Positions 8,675 to 18,952 of a DNA stretch of 39,898 nt are shown here, in pieces (the stretch's first letter is position 1; every line of letters starts with the position of its first letter). Source of the stretch: a virus (taxonomy: Duplodnaviria > Heunggongvirae > Uroviricota > Caudoviricetes); the IMG/VR virus record IMGVR_UViG_2698536471_000018, positions 1-39,898 of that record; one strand, written 5' to 3'. The notes under the pieces are model-generated. The model saw only the letters and a list, made by a program, of their open reading frames with translations, made no database searches and was not told where the DNA came from. The position numbers and the translations under genes are program-made.

Positions 8675-8743
8675 CGTCAAAAATCATCGCCCAGCCACTT
8701 TTTTACACGGGAAAGATCCGATGATTTTCGGCGCATCCATGAC

Positions 8744-9220
8744 TTAATAACCTTGAGATTTAGCAACGCGAATACCGGCCGCCATCCCATTGAAATCCCA
8801 TGCGTTTTTATGGGCAATAGGATTACGTGTGTTGAAGGCATAGCGCTGGCCCATTTTCCATGCTGTATCGCTAACAGACTTATCTTGAGAGAGGTTTACC
8901 CACTCCTTTATGCCTTTGTAAACATAGGACTTACAATCATCCGTAGTTCCTTTCCGATTGGTGTAGGCATCCAGATCTTCGCATTCTTGAAAGGAGTTGC
9001 TGACTATATCCGCGAAATCATCAATGGTCATGGCGAATCTGCGACCATTCATAGCGAAAAAAGGAGTAGCAGAGGCGTAATGTTGCCACTGCGTAAACTT
9101 TTGCTGATCCATTAAATCAACAGCCATTTTTTCATACTTCCCAGGAGCGGCTAATCCCGACATCGGAACAAGTAAACTTATTGCAATAAAAATGGCTTTC
9201 TTATTCAATCTTATCCCCAC
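8744..9220 (-). CDS. Moron: secreted/periplasmic protein of unknown function (signal peptide, two Cys)
   Basis: Likely GTG (9220) or TTG (9208) start giving N-terminus (M)NKKAIFIAISLLVPMSGLAAP = signal peptide; SD-like AAGGAG/GGGGA upstream. Confidence 0.55.
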   Translation of the reverse strand: MGIRLNKKAIFIAISLLVPMSGLAAPGKYEKMAVDLMDQQKFTQWQHYASATPFFAMNGRRFAMTIDDFADIVSNSFQECEDLDAYTNRKGTTDDCKSYVYKGIKEWVNLSQDKSVSDTAWKMGQRYAFNTRNPIAHKNAWDFNGMAAGIRVAKSQGY

Positions 9221-10275
9221 CGATTCATTGCTCCTTGACTTTGAAGATCCGCCGCGCCACGCGCTTCGCACATCATATCCATGTACCACGCCTGGCCCCT
9301 TGTATCGCCAGTGTACATAATCCCGCGCACAATATAAACGCCATCCGTTGCGATGCTGGCAGGTTGTGCTGTGGTGCCGCTTAGCGTGATATTTCCGTCC
9401 GTGTTCTGGTCGGTGATCTGCCCACCAGCCATCGCAATATCGTTGTTCGACAACGCGGTGCGATATACGGAAGCCTGATCCAGTTGAATGAGCCCATTAA
9501 CCCGGATGTTCGGATTAATAAGCGCGCGGACGTTTACGCCGTTGCCGATAGTCTGCTGCGGCATGCTGATAAGCCCGGTGTCGCTGTTGAGCACAATCGC
9601 TTCATGAACATATTCGTTATTCGCCACCATCTGGCGTTGACCGTCCACGAATTGCCATGTTGCGCCACATTGCCCGGCTACGTTATCCATAAGATGCCGC
9701 GTCATGCCAAAGAGCACCCGCCCCCGGGGGAATACAGTAGCAGGCATTTCAGGCGTCAGGCCTTCGGTCGCGCCTTTGGCTTCGAAGTCTTTCATCAGCG
9801 CACGGTTCACATCAGCGACCGTGTAACCGGCAGCCAGCGTCTGTGAGGTTATACTGGTGGCAAATGCCAGATCCGTATCTGCTGCCTGAATCAGGACATA
9901 GGAATCAATAGGGCTGTCTTTTCCTGTGACCGAGTAGCGAATTTCTCCGCTGAAAATCAGCCCGTAGTTGCGGCCATCACTCTGGCCCACATCTGCCGCG
10001 TCGACTTCGCGCACGGTCCCGACGTCGCTTGCCGCCACCTCCGGCGCGATACCGTCGTAACCGGCAATCAGCCGCACTTTCGAAAATTCCTTCCCGGTGA
10101 TTCGGTTCACAGTATCTGCCGAGAGGTTATAAATTTTGATAGTCCCTACCCGGGACGCGCTGCTGATGTTGAACCAGTCGATCGTAAAGGTGACTTTGAA
10201 ATCACTTAGCTCAATTCCCTGACCGTTCCCGTCCACAAGCTGCAGCTCGAAATGTCTCATCCAGTTCTGTGACAT
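9211..10275 (-). CDS. Baseplate hub protein (Mu gp44 / P-like)
   Basis: 354-aa protein at head of baseplate operon; size and context. Confidence 0.6.
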   Translation of the reverse strand: MSQNWMRHFELQLVDGNGQGIELSDFKVTFTIDWFNISSASRVGTIKIYNLSADTVNRITGKEFSKVRLIAGYDGIAPEVAASDVGTVREVDAADVGQSDGRNYGLIFSGEIRYSVTGKDSPIDSYVLIQAADTDLAFATSITSQTLAAGYTVADVNRALMKDFEAKGATEGLTPEMPATVFPRGRVLFGMTRHLMDNVAGQCGATWQFVDGQRQMVANNEYVHEAIVLNSDTGLISMPQQTIGNGVNVRALINPNIRVNGLIQLDQASVYRTALSNNDIAMAGGQITDQNTDGNITLSGTTAQPASIATDGVYIVRGIMYTGDTRGQAWYMDMMCEARGAADLQSQGAMNRWG

Positions 10276-10277
10276 GC

Positions 10278-10580
10278 TTACTCCGTTGATACCAGTAAAT
10301 GACTGCGGCCGCCCAGGTCAGTTTTCGTGGGATAATCCTGTGTGTTGTCATCGCAGACCACCAACAGCTTAAAACCAAGTCCCATACAGGCGTACTGCGC
10401 CAGCAGATCAGCGCCAGTGACGAGAGGAATACCGGAGATTACCGGCTCCCCTCTGTCGTTCTGCAGGTCCATAATCCAGTAAGGATCGCGCCATATGATG
10501 CTAATCCGCCAGGTGACACCACCCAGGACGATGCTGAACTGCTGGTTGTCCGCTGTCAGCGGAATTTCCTGAATTGTCAT
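10278..10580 (-). CDS. Small tail/baseplate assembly protein
   Basis: 100-aa ORF tightly packed between tape-measure-proximal gene and hub gene. Confidence 0.45.
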   Translation of the reverse strand: MTIQEIPLTADNQQFSIVLGGVTWRISIIWRDPYWIMDLQNDRGEPVISGIPLVTGADLLAQYACMGLGFKLLVVCDDNTQDYPTKTDLGGRSHLLVSTE

Positions 10581-11167
10581 TAGCCGCCTCCCAGTAATGA
10601 CGCCACGTTACCAGTGATGCTTTTCAGCAGTGAAGTATCTGGAGGCTTTGTGGTTTTGTTGCCGCTGTTCTGTACCGCCGACGTGCTGGCCCCTTCCTTC
10701 ATGTTGGTTTTATCCGCGACGGTAATCTGCTGTGTCCGGGAGATAAGGACCTCCCTCAGGGTGAGGACGGCGGACAGGACGTTTTCGGTTGTCTTGTCCG
10801 TCGTCACTTCCAGCGCCCGGATCAACATGTTGCTGTACAGTCGTTTACCGGTTACCACATCGAAGGGGATACGGCTTTCCTGCAGATCCAGTAGCTCCTG
10901 ATACGTCTGCTGAGGACTCAGGCCGAGCAGGCTGGTAGCCGTCAGATTACTGGCAAAATCCAGCAATGCGCCGCCACCGGCGAAACCAACCTCCATCACC
11001 ACTTCTGACGGTTTTTTATAGGCATGATCAGCGACAGCGGCCCCGACCTCTACCGGATGCTCTGTTATTTCAAGCATATCTGTATGCTTCTCTGAAATAA
11101 CAACACTGGGAACAATCATTCCTATTTTTCTGCTCTGCTGATGAAAAAGTGTAGAGAGAATATCCAC
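10580..11167 (-). CDS. Tail protein (downstream of tape measure)
   Basis: 195-aa ORF with overlapping start/stop in tail operon. Confidence 0.45.
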   Translation of the reverse strand: MDILSTLFHQQSRKIGMIVPSVVISEKHTDMLEITEHPVEVGAAVADHAYKKPSEVVMEVGFAGGGALLDFASNLTATSLLGLSPQQTYQELLDLQESRIPFDVVTGKRLYSNMLIRALEVTTDKTTENVLSAVLTLREVLISRTQQITVADKTNMKEGASTSAVQNSGNKTTKPPDTSLLKSITGNVASLLGGG

Positions 11168-13155
11168 TAACCCACCCTCACCTGATTACTTCGCATGACC
11201 TGAGCATTTGCAGACTGTTGCCGACGTGCAACCTCATTACCGACAGCGTGCGGATCTCCGCCACCGTAAATGTGGTAAGTATTTTGCTGGTTAACCTCTG
11301 TCATTTTGCCACTAATTCCCGCCACGGCAGCCTTATTAATCAGCTCTCGAGAATAGATATTTCTTCCATTCTCATGCTGGATAATGCTGCTCATCAATGC
11401 TGACATGGTTTGCGGATCGCTCATATTCAGGGCAGCCCGGGGATCCACTCCCAGTCGTTGCGATACAGCCCTGATATACGCAGTTGTGTTGTTATTATCA
11501 GACGCAGGTGCCCAAGTAGAGATAATTTTCTCCACACTGTTTATTCCCCGTCCGGCGTACAGCATTAACTGACGAGCAAGAGCCCGTAATCCATCAAAAG
11601 CAGTTTCAAATCTGGCAAATCGCCCGCCCGGGCGTTCAAGAGAAGCCCCTGCCTGACCAGCAAAATTAAGGTTTCCCGGATTGTTATTCCGTTCTCCTCG
11701 TTTCGTAGCCTGTGCATATTGTTCCGGCTCATCATCACCAAACCAGCCGCGTACCGTCCGGCCCACACTGCGGGGATCGAATCCCCAGTGCTCTTTAATC
11801 CAGTCGGCAGTACTGTTAGCGCTGTCTGTAACCATCGGCATCGCTGACGGATTTTCGCTGCCCTGATTAAGTATCTGTTTGCCGATGATGACGGCATCAG
11901 CCCAGCGGCCATCTTTGATAGCGTTGAGCAGGTCGGCGATCATGTTCAGCATTTTGCTGAATTCGCCCATCTGGTCGATGAAGTTGCTGAAATCCCACTT
12001 CAGGGACCATGATTTTGGGTCAATATTGAGCAGTTTCGCCAGCGCTTTCGCCAGTTCATTAACAGACCCTTTCAGGTCACGAACCATCTTCAGCGCGGCA
12101 TCGACCTCCGGCTTCCACTTGCCCCAGTCAATCAGGCTGTCGCCGCCTTCCTTCCAGGTCTGATAGTCCTCCCACAGAAGGGCAATCCCCGCCGCCAGCG
12201 CGGTAATGAGACCAATCGGCGACATCCAGAACGTACTGTTCAGAATGCGCAGCGCAATCGTCAGCGCGCCAAACAGCGAGATGAGCTCCCGCGTTTGCTT
12301 ATCCAGCGATTGCCACCAGGTGATAAGGCTGGATGTTCCCTCAATTAGCCTGAAGAACAGCCGCCCGATGATGTCTCCGATCGCCAGAATGCCTTTTATG
12401 GCTTTCGTCAGGGTCTGCTCGATACGAGGGAAGTTGTCCAGGATATGGCGGCGCAGGGTGTCCAGCGAACCCGCAAGCCCACCCGCAAGATTAGAGCCGA
12501 TTTTGTCACGGGCCATGCCTGCCATCGCGCCGAACTCGCGCAGGGAGGTCATGAATTTGTTGGAGCTTCTGGCCGCCTCGTCAGCATTGAAGCCGATAGC
12601 TTTCGCCATTGCGCTGTACTGCCCGGAGAACCCCCCCACACCCCGGCGCATCGCCATAAGGGTATTTTCGTCAATGCCCAGCATCTGCGCATACTGGTTA
12701 GCCCGGTAATACGGCATGCTGCTGAGCTTCTGGCCGACGCCCGTAAAGATAGCGGCCATGTCGCGCATGTTACCGCTGGCGTCACGGGTCTGTACCCCCA
12801 GACGATTCAGAAATCCCTCCGCCCCGGGATTATTACGAATAAACCGGGAGAGGTTTTCCAGAGAAGATCGCGCAGCGTCCACGCTGCCGCCAACCTGCGA
12901 AACCGCATAGCCAATAGACTGAATTCCCTGGACTGTCGCGCCGGTGCGCTGTGACGCCCAGTAAAGATTATCCAGACCGGAGGCGATCTTAGCCGTGAAG
13001 GCCACCACGGACAGCGCGGCTCCTTCAACGGCCAGCCCCATTTTGATGACATTTGCAGTTGTACCGGCGAGGACAGAACCGAACTTTTTCGCTCCTGCAT
13101 CATCCACACTGAAGCCAAGCGAGACGAGGAAATCTTTAATAGTTTCAGCGTTCAT
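11167..13155 (-). CDS. Tail tape measure protein
   Basis: Long Ala/Gly-rich helical protein with internal hydrophobic segment; start taken at second ATG (MNAETIKDF) after GGAGAGAGG; ORF-track ATG is 13176. Confidence 0.8.
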   Translation of the reverse strand: MNAETIKDFLVSLGFSVDDAGAKKFGSVLAGTTANVIKMGLAVEGAALSVVAFTAKIASGLDNLYWASQRTGATVQGIQSIGYAVSQVGGSVDAARSSLENLSRFIRNNPGAEGFLNRLGVQTRDASGNMRDMAAIFTGVGQKLSSMPYYRANQYAQMLGIDENTLMAMRRGVGGFSGQYSAMAKAIGFNADEAARSSNKFMTSLREFGAMAGMARDKIGSNLAGGLAGSLDTLRRHILDNFPRIEQTLTKAIKGILAIGDIIGRLFFRLIEGTSSLITWWQSLDKQTRELISLFGALTIALRILNSTFWMSPIGLITALAAGIALLWEDYQTWKEGGDSLIDWGKWKPEVDAALKMVRDLKGSVNELAKALAKLLNIDPKSWSLKWDFSNFIDQMGEFSKMLNMIADLLNAIKDGRWADAVIIGKQILNQGSENPSAMPMVTDSANSTADWIKEHWGFDPRSVGRTVRGWFGDDEPEQYAQATKRGERNNNPGNLNFAGQAGASLERPGGRFARFETAFDGLRALARQLMLYAGRGINSVEKIISTWAPASDNNNTTAYIRAVSQRLGVDPRAALNMSDPQTMSALMSSIIQHENGRNIYSRELINKAAVAGISGKMTEVNQQNTYHIYGGGDPHAVGNEVARRQQSANAQVMRSNQVRVG

Positions 13156-13785
13156 TATCCTCTCTCCATTTCTCAATGCGCCGCTGGTTATCCGCTTTTA
13201 CCGCCAGATGGTCATTCAAGAGAGCAATGTCGTACAAATCGACAGAGCCATCTTTCAGTGCTGTATAAGGAATTAACCCGGCGTCAACCGGATTGAGAAG
13301 GTAGGACAGCCCGTCCGGCAGGCTGTTAAACGTCAGCCCTGTTGCAGGCTCTGTGTCGTGCTGGTAAGGGGTGTAGGCAAAAAATTTCCCAGTGAATCGG
13401 CGACCACCCGCGCCACCAGCTGCAGCATGGTTAGCAGGTCGATATCATCGAACATCAGCTGACCGCTGTTGAATACCGGCGTCCATCCGTCCATGTGCTT
13501 ACGTGATACTACGGCCAGGCAAGGATGAATAATCGCGTTGGTATCTTCTTCAGTCAGGGAAGACAGTTCCTCAGCGATACGCGGGAGCATGGTTTCAAAC
13601 ACCGGTTTTAACTGCTCGAATTTCACGGTGTCGATTTTGCCATCAGCAGGCAAACGGGAGCGAATGCTCCCGAAATCTGACATCATTCCTGCCAGCACCG
13701 GCAGAAGTTTGCGGGTCACTTTCAGCTGGTCAAAAACGCTGAGTTTTGCCACGCGATATTTCACGCCTTTGATTTCGAATTCCAT
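13145..13785 (-). CDS. Tail assembly chaperone with probable -1 programmed frameshift extension (G/GT-like)
   Basis: Zero-frame product 150 aa (13333-13785). Slippery run GGGAAATTTTTTG near 13369-13380 on coding strand; the -1 frame stays open for about 70 more codons to a stop at 13145-13147 overlapping the tape-measure start. Confidence 0.55.
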
Positions 13786-13788
13786 GTA

Positions 13789-14229
13789 TTAAAACTCCCC
13801 GAGAACCTGGTCAATCTTGCCGCAGTCAAACACCCACGGCATCGTATTACCGGTTTTAGCGTTGGCATTATCCGGTTGTTTCTGGAACGCAACACTACGT
13901 GCCGTGATGATGTCGCCGCTGACCTTGTTTCGGATCACAATAACGTTATTCCCCCATGTGGCAGAAGACTGGCTCTGTGCGTTATACGCCAGCGACAATT
14001 TTTTATTTGTCGGTGATGTCTTCAGAAGGTTAACGGTAATCGTCCCGCTTTTATCTGCATGGAGACTGTGCATCACTTCGCCATCAGCACCGATGGTCAT
14101 GGTGTTTTTAGGACCGCCCATCGCAACCACAATCCCCTCTTCAGAACTTGCAGAACCGTACCCGAGGTCAATCGAACCGGTCGGCCCGGTCAGCGTCGCA
14201 GTGACATCCATAAAAGAATAGGTAGACAT
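13789..14229 (-). CDS. Tail tube protein
   Basis: 146-aa protein immediately downstream of sheath gene. Confidence 0.65.
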   Translation of the reverse strand: MSTYSFMDVTATLTGPTGSIDLGYGSASSEEGIVVAMGGPKNTMTIGADGEVMHSLHADKSGTITVNLLKTSPTNKKLSLAYNAQSQSSATWGNNVIVIRNKVSGDIITARSVAFQKQPDNANAKTGNTMPWVFDCGKIDQVLGEF

Positions 14230-14239
14230 TCACTTCCCC

Positions 14240-15385
14240 TTAGCGAACAACGTTAATCTGTACGTCAGCGTAATGAACCGCGCCTGCAAGTTTTATTGCA
14301 GCCTGAATCACCGGAGCCTTACGGGCTTCACGTTCTGATTGTGCCTGTTCATCCAGCGACTGGGCGTATACGTAATAACCTTTGGGCAGCGTGTCACCTG
14401 ATGACAACTGGCCAAGGTCGCCACCGTTCCATACGCCCGGAGCAATCAGTCCATTCTGAACGGCCTGATCCAGTGATTTTTCAACATTTGATAACAGTCG
14501 GGTAATACCGGCTTCAGTCTGGGGAACCTTCGTGGTGCTGGTATAAAGCAGGTTATAGAGGTTGGTCTGCACATAATTCTGTAACCAGTCCAGGCCGTGG
14601 CGTTCATCAAAGAAATCGCCGTTAGCCATCACTCCCTGCTGGAGGATAGCTGTATCATTCTGGTAGTACACGAACACATTGCAGTTTTTTGCATCAAGTG
14701 CCGATGCCTGGCTGACTGTCAGTGTTTCATACCCGACACCCGGCTCCTGCTTAAACTTGAGCGTAATCGCGGTATTACTGCCATTGAAATTAACCGTGAA
14801 TGCCCGGCCAAATGCAGATAACGCAGCGTATTTATTACCCGATGAATACTGAATAAAACTGCGTGAATATCCGGCGGTTTTCAGTTTTGATGCCAAATCA
14901 TCTCTGGATGCAGTCTGCAGGCATTTCTCATCGCTTGTCGTAATCGCCAGAATACGGCTTACAGAAGAGGATTCGATCGCCGCAGCCACTTTCAGCCAGT
15001 CTGCATCCGGAATATCTGCATCGTCTGCAATCCCCAGCCCATACCATGAAGTATAATCAAGCATGGCATTCACAGCCTGCTCCAGCGTCTCAGGCGTGGC
15101 CTGTTCGCTGTCTCCCTTCGTTTTCACCCAACGACCAACAAAAACCTCCTGAGGTTTCGGTGATTGTGAGAAAAACACCTGCGCAGCTTTATATTCTGGT
15201 GATTCCACGCCAAAATCTTTTCCAATATCTTCCGCGGCAGAATAACGACGAATGCGCTCACTTACCGGAATGATTGTGGACGGGCCGAGAATGAGTAATG
15301 CACCAAAATTTCGCCCTGATGCTGCACGCGGCGACATGATCACATCAACATTAACAACGTTTGATACAGGCAAGCCCTGTGCCAT
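14240..15385 (-). CDS. Tail sheath protein
   Basis: 381-aa protein preceding tube and chaperone genes; contractile-tail gene order. Confidence 0.7.
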   Translation of the reverse strand: MAQGLPVSNVVNVDVIMSPRAASGRNFGALLILGPSTIIPVSERIRRYSAAEDIGKDFGVESPEYKAAQVFFSQSPKPQEVFVGRWVKTKGDSEQATPETLEQAVNAMLDYTSWYGLGIADDADIPDADWLKVAAAIESSSVSRILAITTSDEKCLQTASRDDLASKLKTAGYSRSFIQYSSGNKYAALSAFGRAFTVNFNGSNTAITLKFKQEPGVGYETLTVSQASALDAKNCNVFVYYQNDTAILQQGVMANGDFFDERHGLDWLQNYVQTNLYNLLYTSTTKVPQTEAGITRLLSNVEKSLDQAVQNGLIAPGVWNGGDLGQLSSGDTLPKGYYVYAQSLDEQAQSEREARKAPVIQAAIKLAGAVHYADVQINVVR

Positions 15386-15388
15386 AGC

Positions 15389-15952
15389 TTAATCTCCGAA
15401 AAAGATGACTGGTGCTTCCACCAGCGATTTAATACCGTACTCGCGCACAACCTTCCGGCGCAGGCGTACCGTCATATCGTAGCGGCGGACCCATTGCTGA
15501 TTAATAAGTTCAGGGAAGGGAGTCAGACCTGTGTAATCGCCAAGAGACAGCCCCAGCGCATTCAGTGCTGCATTGTTCTGCGGCACAGATATACCGTCAC
15601 GAAACCGGGACGCATACACCATCCCCGCCGGTCCATAAAACGAAGCCATACACTCAATCGTTTCATGCCGCCAGAGCTGAGAGCCATCATCGGTCTGTCT
15701 GGTGAATGCCGGACTGTCATCACCTGACCATCCGATAACCCCAAACGCACACCAGTTCGTTTCAACCGGTAGCAGTGGCGGCTGCTCTTTCTGCCAGCGC
15801 GGGCGAACCATCCCGGCAGACAGACCGGAAACGTTACGCATCCACTGGCTTAACAGCCTGTCGAGCGCTTCGTCATAATCCGGATCGCCACTGGTTGGTA
15901 TTAACCATCCGCGCTCTGTACTGGTGTTATTGCTCAACCGGAGTTCCCCCAT
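15389..15952 (-). CDS. Putative tail completion/neck protein
   Basis: Position between neck and sheath genes; start chosen to limit overlap with upstream gene. Confidence 0.4.
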   Translation of the reverse strand: MGELRLSNNTSTERGWLIPTSGDPDYDEALDRLLSQWMRNVSGLSAGMVRPRWQKEQPPLLPVETNWCAFGVIGWSGDDSPAFTRQTDDGSQLWRHETIECMASFYGPAGMVYASRFRDGISVPQNNAALNALGLSLGDYTGLTPFPELINQQWVRRYDMTVRLRRKVVREYGIKSLVEAPVIFFGD

Positions 15953-16316
15953 CAAACGGCAGCAACTCACAATGCGCCTGAACAAATCCGGCACCATACG
16001 CTGTATACGGGTCGACGAAAGTCACACGATAATCACGGCCCTGATACGTCACGATATCGGCATCACGGCCAGTCTGTCCCTGCGTCAGTCGCTCAGTCGT
16101 CACAATCAGAATTGCACCACTGATTACCTGCCCGGCCTGCATACGACGGTTTTCCAGAGAGCGATCAACAGTTACGACTCCGGCAAACTGCTTTTTAACT
16201 TCGCTGTCGCTGCCGATCCCGTCCTCATCCACCGTTTGCACACGGCGTGTTACCCACAAATTGAAGTCGCAAAAATCGGGGTCAAAAAGCACATCTGTTA
16301 CATCAAGAGTCGGCAT
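15927..16316 (-). CDS. Head-tail joining (neck) protein
   Basis: 129-aa ORF in head-tail connector block. Confidence 0.45.
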   Translation of the reverse strand: MPTLDVTDVLFDPDFCDFNLWVTRRVQTVDEDGIGSDSEVKKQFAGVVTVDRSLENRRMQAGQVISGAILIVTTERLTQGQTGRDADIVTYQGRDYRVTFVDPYTAYGAGFVQAHCELLPFDGGTPVEQ

Positions 16317-16857
16317 CTTTATCCCTCACAACATGGGTAATAGCTCTGCGATATTGCCCGGTATCAATTAATGGTTTCGCCAGTTCGGTTCCCGGAGATT
16401 CGCCAGCAGCACGCCGGGCAAGTTCCAGTGTTGCCCCCTTGCGCCCCCGACGAGCCCGGGCTTCAACAGTACTGTCAGCAAGCGGCGTAAAGCCGGTAAT
16501 GGTCATGTAACGCCTGACGCCATTAGCGGCCAGTGTTCCGGCACGGTTGAGTGCGCTTTCTGCTCCCGCAGCATTACCATCAAGTGCAGCCTGCGCCGCG
16601 GCTTTGAGCTGCGGCACCGTCTGCTCTTCTGCCGATTTAACGCCGGGGACCAGGTGAGGTCGTGGCGGGATGTTCTGCTCTGGTGAGCCGTATTCGTTGA
16701 GGTAACCGATGCCCGCATTACCAAACGGAACATCATCCCGCTCGCTGTCTTCCGAAGGGATGCCGACCAGCACATCTTTTTTGGTTAACGACCTGAGCGC
16801 ATCCAGAATGGCCTTAGCGTTATCCACCCTCGTTGTTACACCGCTTTTGAAACTCAT
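16303..16857 (-). CDS. Head-tail connector / virion morphogenesis protein
   Basis: 184-aa ORF downstream of capsid block. Confidence 0.45.
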   Translation of the reverse strand: MSFKSGVTTRVDNAKAILDALRSLTKKDVLVGIPSEDSERDDVPFGNAGIGYLNEYGSPEQNIPPRPHLVPGVKSAEEQTVPQLKAAAQAALDGNAAGAESALNRAGTLAANGVRRYMTITGFTPLADSTVEARARRGRKGATLELARRAAGESPGTELAKPLIDTGQYRRAITHVVRDKDADS

Positions 16858-17261
16858 AGCTGGCGACCACCTGCACCGAACATCGTGATCAACTGATAAA
16901 ATTCAGCACCATATCGGGTGTTATTCCAGAAACCTGCATCAGGATTCAGCGTCGCGCTGGTGTCATAACTGACGCTTACCTTATCCACGGACTTTGAGGA
17001 CTGAACACCATTGGTTGAACCGCCCGGTCCGCCAGCCAGCATCGCCCGGATGTCTGCCGCCCAGAGCGTCATGTAGTGTGCAACGAACAATCCGGCAAAG
17101 TACGGAAACAACTTTTTGCTGGTGACGTTTTCGCTCAGCAGTTCATCGGCCAGATTCAGACGAAACTGGATTTGCGCTTCGGGATATTTGGCAGGGTCAG
17201 CAAACTGCGGGAAGTCGCGGCGAAAATCACTTACCGCTGGCAGACTTTGATTCTTTGGCAT
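16854..17261 (-). CDS. Head-tail adaptor protein
   Basis: 135-aa ORF following capsid gene. Confidence 0.45.
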   Translation of the reverse strand: MPKNQSLPAVSDFRRDFPQFADPAKYPEAQIQFRLNLADELLSENVTSKKLFPYFAGLFVAHYMTLWAADIRAMLAGGPGGSTNGVQSSKSVDKVSVSYDTSATLNPDAGFWNNTRYGAEFYQLITMFGAGGRQL

Positions 17262-17448
17262 TTTTTACCTCGTTACGCGCGTCTGTGGCTTTGCCAACGG
17301 ATACTTCCGCGTGCGCACGAGTGAACCAGTGCGTGGCAACGTCTTCCTCCACAGCATGACGGCCTTTAACAAACTCGCGCCGCGAACCGTCGGGAAGCGT
17401 GAGCACAAACGGGGTATGTACGTGTATTACTGCATTATTTTTTGCCAT
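17227..17448 (-). CDS. Small phage structural-module protein
   Basis: 73-aa ORF between capsid and adaptor genes. Confidence 0.35.
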   Translation of the reverse strand: MAKNNAVIHVHTPFVLTLPDGSRREFVKGRHAVEEDVATHWFTRAHAEVSVGKATDARNEVKNAKESKSASGK

Positions 17449-17489
17449 CGGGTCATCCTTAATGGCCCCGCCAGGGGGCCATATGGCTG

Positions 17490-18431
17490 TTAAATGCCAT
17501 CAACGTACGAAATGGTTTCTTTGTACACTGGCTCGACTGCACCCAGCTTGCCGTAGTAAGTGACGATCTGATACAGACCGCGATACTGCACCGGCACGCT
17601 CTGAAGCGGAACCAGCGGGTAGCGGACGTATTTTTTATCGTTGGTGTACGCAACCATGCGATCCTTATTCCCCACACCACGGCCTTTCAGCCATTTAACC
17701 GCGCGGATATTCAGCGGAACACCGTTCTGGTGATAGCTGATGGTGTTGGTCTGAAGGTACGTCAACAGGGACTGGTTTCCCGCAGATGAAACGATGATGC
17801 TGGACAACAGAGCAAACTGTTCAGGCGGGATCAGCAAATCACGCGGGACCACAGAGTAACCAGAAGCGGCCCACGCATCAGACAGCACCTGGTTAATGCT
17901 TGCGCGGATTTCGTCCGGTGTTGAGGTTGCCCACGTTTTGGCAGCGTTGTTGACAGGCACGCCGTCCAGGGTAACAAGGCCTTTCAGGTTTAATGCGGAA
18001 TCGCCAACATATACCTGTTCATCGTTATCCATCTGCCATTTCAGTTGCATCCCGTCATACTTCTGCGTATCAATCGGGCGGCCGACCTGCTGAGCAGCCT
18101 GCAATTCTATGACCGTCCAGCCAAGTTCCATCCCCCACAGGTTCAGCGGGTTACCGGATTTGCCGGTATCCACGTTCACGCCAGCAATAGCGGTTGAGTC
18201 TTTGCCTACCCAGTTTTTGCCATTCGGATTTGCACCAGTACCCGCAGCGGCGAAGCTGGTATTCGTCCAGCTGGAAATGTCATCTGCGATGGAGACATCT
18301 TCACGCAGTTGGATATCGCGGGTCCAGGTGTACCCCACCAGTGGCAGGTTCAGCGTCTGGTCGAGTCGCTCCAGCTCCCCGATGAGAAAGGCACCAGAGC
18401 TGTCAACGGTTGCCTGATCAAAAGTAATCAT
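17490..18431 (-). CDS. Major capsid protein
   Basis: 313-aa protein following scaffold/protease and a small head protein. Confidence 0.7.
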   Translation of the reverse strand: MITFDQATVDSSGAFLIGELERLDQTLNLPLVGYTWTRDIQLREDVSIADDISSWTNTSFAAAGTGANPNGKNWVGKDSTAIAGVNVDTGKSGNPLNLWGMELGWTVIELQAAQQVGRPIDTQKYDGMQLKWQMDNDEQVYVGDSALNLKGLVTLDGVPVNNAAKTWATSTPDEIRASINQVLSDAWAASGYSVVPRDLLIPPEQFALLSSIIVSSAGNQSLLTYLQTNTISYHQNGVPLNIRAVKWLKGRGVGNKDRMVAYTNDKKYVRYPLVPLQSVPVQYRGLYQIVTYYGKLGAVEPVYKETISYVDGI

Positions 18432-18442
18432 TCGTCTGTTCC

Positions 18443-18949
18443 TTAAATCTTCCAGGAAATTTCTGCATTGCCGTCAGCATCACCGGCACCTGTGAATTCA
18501 GCGTTGGTCAGCACCACGTTTTTGCCACTGACTGACGTGGCCATGAATCCACCCAGCGGCACTTTGATGGATTCATCAGTGGAGACGACAACGTATACCG
18601 GGTCGCCTTTTTTGATGGTGCTGGCATCAAAATCAGAACCGAGATTAACGGTCACGTAGCCACGCTTCATGGCGTCGCCCGGGAAGTTCTTGCCACTCCC
18701 CACCTGGCGAACCATGTCCGGCTGCGAAGTGGTCGGATAAGGGCGCACGTAGATCCCCTTCACCTTGTCTGCGGTATCACCATCTGCCAGCGGCACGAAA
18801 AAACCGTCATCATCGTATTTACCAGCCAGCCCATAGGCAGCGAAGGCGTTATCGGATTTAAGGACCACCGGTTCGACGGTTAAGTCCTGCGGGCGAGAGA
18901 CAGCCCCGGCAATGCCAACAGGCATCCGGTACAGAAATACATTATTCAT
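18443..18949 (-). CDS. Head protein (scaffold/decoration-like)
   Basis: 168-aa ORF between protease/scaffold and capsid genes. Confidence 0.45.
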   Translation of the reverse strand: MNNVFLYRMPVGIAGAVSRPQDLTVEPVVLKSDNAFAAYGLAGKYDDDGFFVPLADGDTADKVKGIYVRPYPTTSQPDMVRQVGSGKNFPGDAMKRGYVTVNLGSDFDASTIKKGDPVYVVVSTDESIKVPLGGFMATSVSGKNVVLTNAEFTGAGDADGNAEISWKI

Positions 18950-18952
18950 TTT

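Noticed and set aside
12206-12954. Several 60-170-aa plus-strand ORFs
   Set aside because: All lie antisense within the tape-measure gene and show Arg/Ser/Pro-rich composition; treated as shadow ORFs.
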